A stretch of DNA of 64,000 bases, taken from Octopus vulgaris (lineage: Eukaryota). The stretch's first letter is position 1. Each line of letters opens with the position of its first letter. The DNA is taken from the NCBI GenBank assembly GCA_951406725.2, contig OX597820.1:101618001-101682000 (forward strand). Reading direction: 5' to 3'. A program made the translations under genes and the position numbers. The notes under the pieces were generated by a model. The model did not search any database, was not told where the DNA came from, and saw nothing but the letters and a program-made list of their open reading frames with translations. Below are positions 53,106 to 64,000 of the stretch, piece by piece.

Positions 53106-54290
53106 CGAGGAGTGTTCATTAAAGATTTCTTCTGACGCGCTTCCGGTTATTGCAGGAAACAGAACATGTACAAATATAATCATGCATGTCTCTACATGTC
53201 ACATTGTAAATTATAGCTTTCCCCTAGTGTTCGTCTGTCTTTCACCATTGCTGAAGTGTTATAATGGAGGCAGTTGAATGCAGATCAGTGATCAGGTTCT
53301 TATACTTGTAAGGTCGTACACCAAAAGAGACTTTCGATAAGATGAAAGAAGCTTATGGTGACGATGCACTGACATACGACGTACTAAAACACTGGCATCG
53401 CCAGTTCAAATGTAGTCGGATATCGATGGAAACTGCGCCTATACCTGGACAACCACATAACTATTCGGCAACTAGCCTAAGGAGTGAAATATAAGTGTTG
53501 GGTCTGTGAAAAAAATCATTCACAAAATATCATTTGCACATGCATAATTTGCCTGCGCGATGGATTACCCCGATGCTCACACGTTTTCAGAAGCAGGAAC
53601 GAATCAATTGCTCCCAAGCTCTTTTGGCAATGTATCAAGAAAACCAGGAGGTCTTTTTCGGCAAACTTACCACACAGGGTGAAACTAAAGTCTAGTCAAA
53701 GTAATAGAAGCATGATAAATCACCACCTCCAAAGAAGGTTCGTGTCCAACACTCAGCAGATAAGGGGATACTCACAGTCTTTTGGGACCAGCGTGGAGTA
53801 GTGATGATGGATTTTCTGGCAAAGAGCACCACAATTATGCTTATCTGCTGTAGAAATTGCGGGATGCCATCGAAGCAGAGAGGCGAGCATATTGACCAAA
53901 GGAGTCCGCCTCCTTCATGACAACGCCCCAGTTCACAATGCGCATGTTGCCCAGATGAAAGTACATTCCTGCGGCTATGGAATCCTTCCTCGTCCCCCTT
54001 ACTCTCCCGATCTCACACCATCAAACTTCCGCTTCTTTCCAACCATGAAATCCTTTTTGAAGGGGAAGCACTTTTCGGATGGTGATGAACTTATTTCCGA
54101 GGTAAAGTCTTGCCTTCAAACGCAACCTACCGACTTTTACAAACGAGGTCTTCACAGCTAAATAAAGTGATGTGAGAAGTGTGTCACCATTGGTGGTGGC
54201 TATGTAGAGAAGGACTAATAATTATGCTAAGTTTCATTCATCACAGTTCTTGGGAAGTGGGTCAAGGGAAATCATTAATGAACACTCAGG
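53106..54290 (+). mobile_element. Near full-length decayed mariner transposon
   Basis: TIRs gagtgttcattaaagatttc / gaaatcattaatgaacactc; MEAVECRSVIRFL, LLHDNAPVH, PPYSPDLTPSNF; many stops. Confidence 0.9.
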
Positions 54291-54350
54291 ATAAAAGAAC
54301 AATACTTATTTTGTGGTGAATATCTTTTGAAATATATGTATATATTTGTA

Positions 54351-54383
<33 letters not shown>

Positions 54384-54828
54384 TTGTGTGTGTGTCTGTG
54401 TGTCTGTTTGTCTGTGTCTGTGTGTGTATGTATGTACACATATAATAATTGCTGAAGGAAATGGAAGATAGATTTAGCAGTAGTCTTTATTCAGTACAAC
54501 GATCGTTTCGACCCATCCTGCAACTGTCCGTTATGGGTAGATCCAGGGAATACATACCCAAACTATGCATGACACCAGGTAGCCCAAACCGTGAACACGT
54601 TTTATTCAATACACTAATTGACATATACCCATTAGCCCATAAAATTACTTATATGTACGTATATATACATGTATATATATGTACATATATACACATACAT
54701 CTAAACACACACACACATACATATATATATATTATGTATGTGTGTGTTTAGATGTCTTCAAGTCAGTTGTATCTAAGGCATGTTATCCTGACATTGTCCC
54801 GTGTATGTCTATCTTTCTCTCCCGCCTC

Positions 54829-54961
<133 letters not shown>

Positions 54962-55192
54962 TTATCTCGACAACGCTATTTTTCTTCCATATATCTCGGT
55001 CTTTGATAGACAATCTTACTCTGCAATAGTAGTAATGGCAATCATGATGATGATTGGTGGCGGCGGAGGTGGTGGTGGTGGTGGTGGTGGTGGTTGTGGT
55101 GGTGGTGGTGGTGGTGGTGGTGATGGTGATGTGATAATGACAACGACGATGGTTACAACGATAACGATGATTCATGATGATGATGATGATTA

Positions 55193-55228
<36 letters not shown>

Positions 55229-55419
55229 ATGAGGAGGAGGAGGAGGAGGAGGAGGTGCAGGAGGAGGATTGTGATGATGATAAGGATTTCTTTCTGAATC
55301 GACGCTATTAATCTCATTGAATTTCGAAATCTATACTTGATTCCCACCTGTACTTCCTGTAACGGATGTTGTTAAACACCGCTGGTCACAACACGCTTCC
55401 AATTCTTTCTTAATTGTGC

Positions 55420-56100
55420 TCTACTTTTCCATGTTGATCGAAATCGTTCCACTAAATCGTCTTCTCATCGCCGTGGAGGCCTTCCGAGTGGTTTTTTTCG
55501 ATATCACTTGGATATCACTTGGCGATTGCATCGGCCCAACTGTTGTATGTGAACCTTGTGATATGTCCAACCCAGCAGGACTTATCCTTTCTGTATTATG
55601 CGATTACATCGTTTCCTCCTATGTGAAGGCGCATGGCTCAGTGGTTAGAGCATTGAACTTACGATCGTGGGGTTGTGAGCTCGAATCCCAGACCGGGCTG
55701 CGTGTTGTGTTCTTGAGCAAGACACTTTATATCACGATGCTCCAGTTCACTCAGCTGTAGAAATGAGTTGCGACGTCACTGGTGCCAAGCTGTATTGGCC
55801 CCTTTGCCTTTCCCTTGGATAACAACAGTGGCATGGAGAGGAGTGAGCTGGTATGCATGGGTGACTGCTGGTCTTCCATAAACAACCTTGCCAAGACTTG
55901 TGCCTGGGAGGGTAACTTTCTAGGTGCAAGCCCATGGTCAGTGTCATGACCGAAGGGGGTCACAACAACATCGTTTCCTCCGCTTTGCTTCCGAATTACT
56001 TCGTTTCGGATCTGCTCTCGCAATGATATTTCTAGCGGGGATCTTTCCATGGCCTTTGCGCCGTAGCCAATCAGTATTCTTCCCTCTTCGTGGTGGCCCA
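55420..56100 (-). mobile_element. RTE-clade LINE C-terminal fragment interrupted by a SINE
   Basis: AMERSPLEISLREQIRNEVIR (56070-55970) and WVGHITR...PLGRPPRR.EDDL (55580-55450). Confidence 0.75.
55625..55961 (+). mobile_element. tRNA-derived SINE, C-like head with tail type 3
   Basis: tggctcagtgg A box, gctcgaatcc B box, cttgagcaagacactt core; 3' half unrelated to 46997. Confidence 0.82.
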
Positions 56101-56532
56101 TATCTTACTTTCGTATAAGAGCGCAGGTAGAACTGTGCTTTTGAAAAAAACTCGCACTTAAGGTCTTGTTCAGCTTTGCTTTGAACACACCTTTTATTGG
56201 TTTTTAACACCTATCCTGACCGTATTCTTACACAGATTTCAGTGTCCGCATCTCGGCGAATATTCACTGCATGCCTCAAGTGATTAATATTGCTGTTTAT
56301 TATAATGCCTAGTTTTTCTAGACTCGGCGTCTAGTTATTTCTCTTTGGCCCTGGTTTATTTAGGAGTTAAATGTCTTATCTATGAATACAAAATTACTCA
56401 GAGAGTAAAAGAACATATCCACATATGCAGATATTTTACCAGGCTCACTAATCCATTCTATGATCGACTAAGTCATTGATTCTCAACTGGAGTCCATATA
56501 ACCCTTGAGGATCCATATAAATTTGTGTAATA

Positions 56533-56766
56533 TATTTCTTTACTGCCCACAAGGGGCTAAACATAGAGGATACAAACAAGGACAGACAAAGGGATTAAGT
56601 CGATTACCTCAACCCCAGTACGAAACTGGTACTTTATTTATCGACCCCTAAAGGATGAAAGGCAAAGTCGACCTCGGCGGAATTTGAACTCAGAACGTAA
56701 CGGCAGACGAAATACCGCTTAGCATTTCGCCCGGCGTGCTAACGTTTCTGCCAGCTCACCGCCTTT
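56533..56766 (-). mobile_element. SINE family B, full length with 13-bp TSD
   Basis: aatttgtgtaata on both sides. Confidence 0.92.
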
Positions 56767-57063
56767 TAATTTGTGTAATAAATTGATTATACTTCCACAA
56801 TACACAAAATATTTTAACAGTTTTTTTTTATACGGTTCCTAATAATATTCTCGCAAGTAGACGTACGGGCGGGGTTCGGCTTTAAGCACGCAATATAAAC
56901 ACTCATAACTTCTTTTTTTATTTTTGGGAATTTTCTGAAAATGTTTGTGAATTTGTATTCAACACACGGGAATTCACACGACTATAAAAAAAAATTGTTT
57001 AATTTTTCGAAATTAAAATTTTGTTTTTAATTCTTCGAATTTTTTTTTAAATCAGAGTAAATA

Positions 57064-57234
57064 GGCGCAGGAGTGGCTGTGTGGTAAGTAGCTTGCTTAC
57101 CAACCACATGGTTCCGGGTTCAGTCCCACTGCGTGGCGTCTTGGGCAAGTGTCTTCTGCTATAGCCCCGGGCCGACCAAAGCCTTGTGAGTGGATTTGGT
57201 AGACGGAAACTGAAAGAAGCCTGTCGTATATATG

Positions 57235-57294
<60 letters not shown>

Positions 57295-57500
57295 TGTGTT
57301 TGTCCCCCTAGCATTGCTTGACAACCGATGCTGGTGTGTTTATGTCCCCGTCACTTAGCGGTTCGGCAAAAGAGACCGATAGAATAAGTACTGGGCTTGC
57401 AAAGAATAAGTCCCGGGGTCGATCTGCTCGACTAAAAGCGGTGCTCCAGCATGGCCGCAGTCAAATGACTGAAACAAGTAAAAGAGAGAAAGAGAAAGAG
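57064..57500 (+). mobile_element. SINE family A, full length
   Basis: Same layout as 15742 and 63148. Confidence 0.93.
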
Positions 57501-57795
57501 TGAGAGTTTGAAATACGGACAATCCGAATTTTTGGCTTAAATCTCAGCAATTGACCAAGAAAAATGTGTTTATGAAGAGAAAGATATTGAGAAACATCAA
57601 TACGTCAGACTGACAAACAAACGAAGGCATGAGGTGGATGTGAGATGTGCTAAAAGTAACAGCTAAATAGCCCTTAAAACACGCACCAATTTTTTTCTTT
57701 GGTTTTTGTATAATTGTATAAATTCCCGTGTTTAGCTCACAAATTCGCAAAAGTTTTGTAAAAATTCAAAAAATAAAATAGTTATGAGGAGTCAT

Positions 57796-58180
57796 GGGGA
57801 AGCACTCCGTCGGGTACGACGACGAGGGTTCCGGTTGATCCGAATCAACGGAACAGTCTGCTCGTGAAATTAACGTGTAAGTGGCTGAGCACTCCACAGA
57901 CAATGTGTACCCTTAACGTAGTTCTCGGGGATATTCAGTGTGACACAGAGAGTGACAAGGCCGGCCCTTTGAAATACAGGTACAACAGAAACAGGAAGTA
58001 AGAGTGAGAGAAAGTTGTGGTGAAAGAGTACAGCAGGGATCACCACCATCCTCTGCCGGAGCCTCGTGGAGCTTTAGGTGTTTTCGCTCAATAAACACTC
58101 ACAACGCCCGGTCTGGGAATCGAAACCACGATCCTATGACTGCGAGACCGCTGCCCTAACCACTGGGCCATTGCGCCTCC
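57796..58180 (-). mobile_element. SINE, head type D with family C tail; 13-bp TSD
   Basis: TSD tatgaggagtcat (57783-95) / tatgaggggtcat (58181-93). Confidence 0.9.
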
Positions 58181-58849
58181 TATGAGGGGTCATATGAGGT
58201 GCTTAAACCAAAATTTCGCAAACGCTTGTAATTTTTCTCTTTGCCCTCTCCTAGATTACTTCCTGTGAGAAAGAAATATTTTGCCACTGCCACTAAGCAG
58301 AGAAAGATTTGCCCTCCTTCTCTGCTAAAGGAAGGTGCTGTGTCGATCTTCATTATACACTCGGCAGACAGCTGAAATCGTCTTACATGAGACAGCTGCT
58401 TCTCTACACAAGCCTACAACTCTTTAATGCTGAATGATTGTGTGCAGGACAGTTTCGTCCCTCTGCATATATTTCGAGCATGTTCGGCAATTGGCACTTC
58501 TATGCCTAATAATAATAATTTGGAGGGAGGGTTAAGTCGATTACATAGACCCCAGTACTCAACTGGTACTTAATTTATGACCCCTAAAGGTGAAAGGCAA
58601 AGTCGGCCTCGGCGGAATTTGAACTCAGAACCTAAAAACGGACGAAATACCGCTAAGCATTTTGCCTGGCGTGCTAACGATTCTGCCAGCTAGCCGCCTT
58701 CCACAACAACACCAACAATAACAATGATGATGATGATTTCACACGTCTTTTATGGTGTTGCCCCAGTATGACTTCAAACTTCTTACATTGCTTAAATGAA
58801 TAATTTCTTTTATTTAGCTACTCAGAGAAATTATATCTATCTTATATAT

Positions 58850-60485
58850 GGGTCATTCCAGTGAAATTCAACAAGGGACCGTCGCGAAGGTTCTTGGATT
58901 TTCTTCAAATTTACACCAGTTGTTAGTATCCATGAGGGGTAATTTTCGAAATATTGAATTTCTTTTATTTTGAGGAGCCCATCGTTTCAAATAGGTTTCA
59001 TATCATACCTTAAAAAGTATGTTACTTTATCCCCCACTATCTCAAGTCCCTCAAACAGTAAAAATCCATTCTTTTAACTCAGCCAATATCGAAAAAATGC
59101 CAACTGAAAATTGCAAAAATGCATGTCTTGGGGGATATTCTTAAAAACATTTTACGTTTAGGCAGTTATTACTTAATAACAAAAGTTGATAAGAATCCCA
59201 TGTTCTCTAATCATACAGTAAGGTCTGATATCTTAACAGAACATAAGAATTCACTCATTAAAAAATTTGTTTTCTTGTGTAACGGAGGAGTCAAATATTG
59301 GACAAAATGAAAAATTTGGGGTTTTTTTTCTATTTTTGAACCAGAATGAGTTCTTATCGCTAAGTTGAAATTATATATAACTATAAATATATATTCTGAA
59401 AATACACCTAATGATAAGGAAATGTAGAACTATAGCATTTAAAACTACTCTAAATATCAATTTTCATCTGAATATGGTTCAAAATGGAAATTCCCATTTT
59501 CAGTGATATTCCAGAGCCGTAGAAAACAATGTGTGACAATTGGAAAAACCTTCAAGCCTAAAAAGCCTTGGCCATTGACCTCCTGACTATACAACAACAA
59601 CGTTATCGGTAAATGGAGCCTCATACTTTTGTAATACCTTTATAGATTCAGGGATCGAAAAGAAGAAAAATTCTACTAGTCCCATACTGATAGTCCGTGG
59701 GCCAGTTATAAAAAATTTCTTAGACTGTATTTTCTTTCCAAAGCTAAAGAAAAATTAATAAAGCTAGTAAAAAGTCAGAAACAATATGAAACAGTGGAAA
59801 ACAAAATGAATCAAAAGTTATTTGCGAGCCTAATACATATCGCATCAAATTTTGTATATCTTCGCATGAAAAGTGATAGAAACAACTGCTATTGCTTCTG
59901 GAAGAGGTATCAACTTTTACAATTATGTCCTCTTTGGGAATCCAACAAATATCATCATTTCTTGACCAGAAAAACTGACTGGCGAGGCCTTTCGGATGAA
60001 GGAACTGTACATTAATATCAGTGTTCAGTTGAAACATAATTTGCCGCTTCCAAACTACCTATCATTATCATGCCGACACACATACGGTGATCCTGGTGGA
60101 TATCTTCAGTTGGAATAGAATTTGCCTTACCTTAAAGATGTAGTCTCGCTGAATGGTTTCCCGATACAAGACTAATGGATATGACATTAAAACATGAAAT
60201 GAATTCATGGTTTCTGCATGTGCCTTTGAATGTGGAAGAGTTTGAAAATTGTGACTAGAAACTGACACATGGTTAATTGACTTGCACTCCAAAGTGATCT
60301 CTTTCCTGACAATGTCAAATTAGGGTTAAGACCTGCTCTGAGATTGCGTTTTGCAGACTTGCTTGTGCTGCTAAGTACTTGGTGGTCCCACCAACGCTAT
60401 GACAAGTATTCTTACCATGTGGTGAGGCGAAGAAGTACCATTTTGCTTTTAACTGAAAATTCTGCTCATGGAAGATCAAATTAGA
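58850..60485 (-). mobile_element. Sola2-like DNA transposon 3' fragment
   Basis: WYFFASPHGKNTCHSVGGTTK..AAQASLQ and VQFLHPKG..SQFFW..DDICW; terminus GGGTCATTCC at 58850. Superfamily from recalled motifs. Confidence 0.6.
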
Positions 60486-60489
60486 ATCA

Positions 60490-61325
60490 TTTGCACGCCG
60501 GACAAAATGCTTAACACCATTTCTTCTAGTCTTATGTTCCGAGGTAGACTGTGACTTCACTCTTTTTAAGAACAATTCAGGATCGATAAAATAAGTACCA
60601 ATTTAACTTACTCCCTCCCTTGAAATTGCTGGCCTCGTGCCAAAATTGGAAATCATTATTTCTATTGTTGTAGCTGCTGTTAAGGTGGCGACCTGGCAGA
60701 ATCGTTAGTACGTCAAACAAAATATATAGCAGCATTTCTTCCGGCTCTTTACGCCCTGAGTTCGATTCCCGCGGAGGTTAACTTCACCTTTCAGCCTTTC
60801 AGAGTCGACAACATAAAGTTCTAGTTAAGCATTGGGTCAACGTCATCTCTCCCTAAAGTTGCTGGCGTTGTGCAAAAATTTGAAACCAAAGAGCTTGCAG
60901 AATCATTAGCATGCCGGATTAAACGCTTAGCGGAACTACGACCATCTTTACGTTATGAGTTCAGAGTCTGCCAAGGTCAATTTTACCTTTCCTCTTTTCG
61001 GTTGGTTGATGTAATCGTCCCCCTCCCCCACCGAGAGGGACTAATCGTTTAACTATATGTCTGTAAAAGAAAAGATTGTTGTTGTTGTTGTACCTTCCGC
61101 ATTTCCTATCCGCATTTTCTTCCGCCCGACACTAGCTTCTCCACCGCGCGAACTACCGATGCGATAGCGACCGATTTAAGGTGGCGAGCTGGCAGAATCG
61201 TTAGCACGCCGGGCGAAATGCTTAGCGGCATTTACGTTCTGAGTTCAAATTCCATCGAGGTCGACTTTGCTTTTCAACTTTTCGAGGTCGATAAATTAAG
61301 TACTTGTGCCTGTAGTAGAAAGGGT
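60490..61325 (+). mobile_element. Cluster of about 4 SINE family B copies
   Basis: Repeated aaggtggcgagctggcagaatcgttagca heads at 60682, ~60890 and 61178. Confidence 0.8.
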
Positions 61326-61351
61326 TATTATCATTATTATTATCATCATCA

Positions 61352-61406
<55 letters not shown>

Positions 61407-61986
61407 CATGATCATTATTATCAGAAGCCATGAGATAAGTAGTTTTATGTATTTTAAATGCAGTAATTATTTTTCTTATTTCTCGTTTAACAACCAAATG
61501 AGGATATCATAATTATAACCTATTACTAAATCAACTCAATCGATGAATTTTCTTTTCAATGAAATATGTTTGAAGTATTAATCTTTTTTTATCAATGATA
61601 TTACTTCCTAACTTTATCTTTCATCACTGAGCGTCGAAGACTGTCTAGTTAATTGATCCTTAAGTATTTACAAGCTTACCTTTGTTATAATTCTCTCATC
61701 TGTTTCTTTATGCAGCATGATAATAGTTTTATTGAAACCTTTCTTTTTCAATGTTGCATGGGAACTTTTCTTTTTTGTTGTTGCTTTCCGAATCATATTT
61801 GAACGTTCAGTTAATCTATTCACCGTCTATAGCAGTGTTTCTAGTTGTTGACATCTGCAGGGTACAACTTGTGATCACCTATAAACAATGATCGATAATT
61901 TTCCTCTCACAGCATTTGTATCAAAGACCATCTTCTTCTTTTGTTATATTGGTCATTGTTGATTATTATTGTCACCGTTGTTGCTA

Positions 61987-62044
<58 letters not shown>

Positions 62045-62045
<1 letters not shown>

Positions 62046-62598
62046 GAGTGAGAGAACAGTGCATGGCATCAAAGTTACACTGGGGTAAAATATACGAAGC
62101 CCAGTATACCCATCATAACTACCCGTCTGATAAGGGTACACTAGGCACATGCATCGCAACCATATGTGCGCGACATGGTGATCTCATATCAAGATAAACA
62201 GCGTATGACCTTGCAGGTGGGGCCCAGTTAGAATTTTCTTCTGGTCGAGTAGCCCATCCCGCTCAAACGGTCCCTGAATAAGGATTATTTAAGGATGTTG
62301 AACAAAACACCCATGTTTCCAAAGGTGAATTATCCAAACCTCTAAAAATTCCTTTTAACACACGGCTATGATGCTCCCCCACTACGTCTGCTCGAGATCA
62401 GAGATGCACATATCGTCAGCCACTAAGGGACATGGTCAACTGGTTAAGGTCAAACAACTGACAAGCAAATCTGTGGTATTGAGCAGAATATTTGCCGTAG
62501 CCCATCTTTTATACCAAGACAAAACAATGTACATAACACTTCCAATCAGTCCAGACGAGAAGCCATGAGAGCCGCTGTCTGGTACTGCGTCAGGGCAT
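62045..62598 (-). mobile_element. Second copy of the (TAA)n-embedded ~556-bp element
   Basis: Reverse complement of 19289-19845, flanked by (TTA)n. Confidence 0.9.
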
Positions 62599-62646
62599 TT
62601 ATTATTATTATTATTGATGTTGTTGTTGTTATTGTTGTTGTTGTTG

Positions 62647-62710
<64 letters not shown>

Positions 62711-63147
62711 CTGTTGTAGCAATAGCGCTGTGACTTTCGTTTGCTTCGAAAGCTTTGCTTATCGAAGGGAAAAAAGAAGATATTTAGTAGCCTAAAGTGT
62801 GTTTATGTGTGGGTGTGTGGGTGTGTATCAGTGTTGACTCTAACAAGACAAGTAATACAGGTGTACAGCTCAAAAGCGAGGTGAATAACTATGAATGACA
62901 AATAGAAAGGAAATTGGATTTTAGCAACATGCCTAATGATAATAGAATCGTGACAACAGCCACAGTAATAACTTACCGTTCAATATTCCCCTCACCCACC
63001 CAAAGAGCTTCCCATCACTTCCATTTCTAAGGAGGAAAAGCAGCAGTGACAACATCAACCACAATAGCAACAACAGCACTGCTGAAGACAGAAATGTGAG
63101 TAACAACAATAGTAACGTCTCCAGCAACAGCATTACCAACAACAGTA

Positions 63148-63563
63148 GGCGCAGGAGTGGCTGTGTGGTAAGTAGCTTGCTTACCAACCACATGGTTCTG
63201 GGTTCAGTCCCACTGCGTGACACCTTGGGCAAGTGTCTTCTACTATAGCCTCGGGCCGAATAAAGCCTTGTGAGTGGACTTGGTAGATGGAAACTGAAAG
63301 AAGCCCGTCGTATATATGTATATATATATGTATGTATGTGTGTGTGCTTGTGTGTCTGTGTTTGTCCCCCTAGCATTGCTTGACAACCGATGCTGGTGTG
63401 TTTATCTCCCCGTCACTTAGGGGTTCGGCAAAAAAGACCGATAGAATAAGTACTGGGCTTACAAAGAATAAGTCCCGGGGTCGAGTTGCTCGATTAAAGT
63501 CGGTGCTCCAGCATGGCTGCAGTCAAATGACTGAAACAAGTAAAAGAGTAAAAGAGAGAGAGT
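63148..63563 (+). mobile_element. SINE family A, full length, TSD aacagta
   Basis: aacagta at 63141-47 and 63564-70. Confidence 0.93.
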
Positions 63564-64000
63564 AACAGTATACCAGGCGAAAATGAAAATAACAACGCTG
63601 CTTCTACCAGCTTAACAACTAATCGGACGACTACTATACTCACCAAAAACTCTACCACTGTCACCCACTCCAGAATAAATCAATGGACATAAAAATATAG
63701 GATCCAGGTCAATTAAAAGTAATATAACCTGCTAATCAACTTGCTACAACTGCAACAGAGGCAGCTACCACACCACCACTATCACTAGCTCTTTTTCGAC
63801 AATTTCGACAATTTCATAGGCAATAATAATAGCAATGGAGATAATAAAATGGCCGCAAAAAAGGCAGTGTTTTGCAAGCGCAGTAAGAGTCGCTGAGTGA
63901 ATAAACCGAGACAGAAAAAAAACAACAACAGTAAACTCAAAGACTATGAAATGAGGACAGGATAGTTACTCTGATCGTACTGTAACGAGTGATAGAGAAT

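Larger units (their letters stand above)
56860..58225. mobile_element. Old MITE with ~130-bp degenerate TIRs hosting two SINEs
   Basis: 56860-56990 is the approximate reverse complement of 57700-57790 plus 58190-58225. Confidence 0.55.

Noticed and set aside
62925-63850. Thr/Ser-rich mucin-like coding region
   Set aside because: Stops in the frames checked and interrupted by a SINE; more likely decayed (ACA/ACC)n repeats.

Overview
AT-rich, microsatellite-saturated eukaryotic DNA. From its SINE families and repeat style it is most likely an octopus (coleoid cephalopod) intronic or intergenic region; this is an inference. No complete host gene is visible, only a few candidate exons. Nearly all ORFs in the track are microsatellite artefacts or transposon relics. 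Recognisable mobile elements: four decayed mariner copies, a maT-like fragment, a mariner MITE, a Ty3/Gypsy gag-protease fragment, four stacked R4/Dong-type RLE 3' ends, two CR1-group LINEs, Tx1/L1-clade pieces, RTE pieces, a Penelope GIY-YIG fragment, a Sola2-like fragment, a hAT/Charlie-like relic, GGATC-ended MITEs and several tRNA-derived SINE families. Three unannotated signals stand out. (1) A dispersed set of minimal type-I hammerhead ribozyme motifs with palindromic stem III next to (TA)n tracts, suggesting Penelope pLTR or retrozyme-like units. (2) Apparent partitioning of microsatellite types among element families. (3) A SINE that shares its 3' tail with a Tx1-clade LINE. All structure and family calls were made by eye and need computational confirmation.
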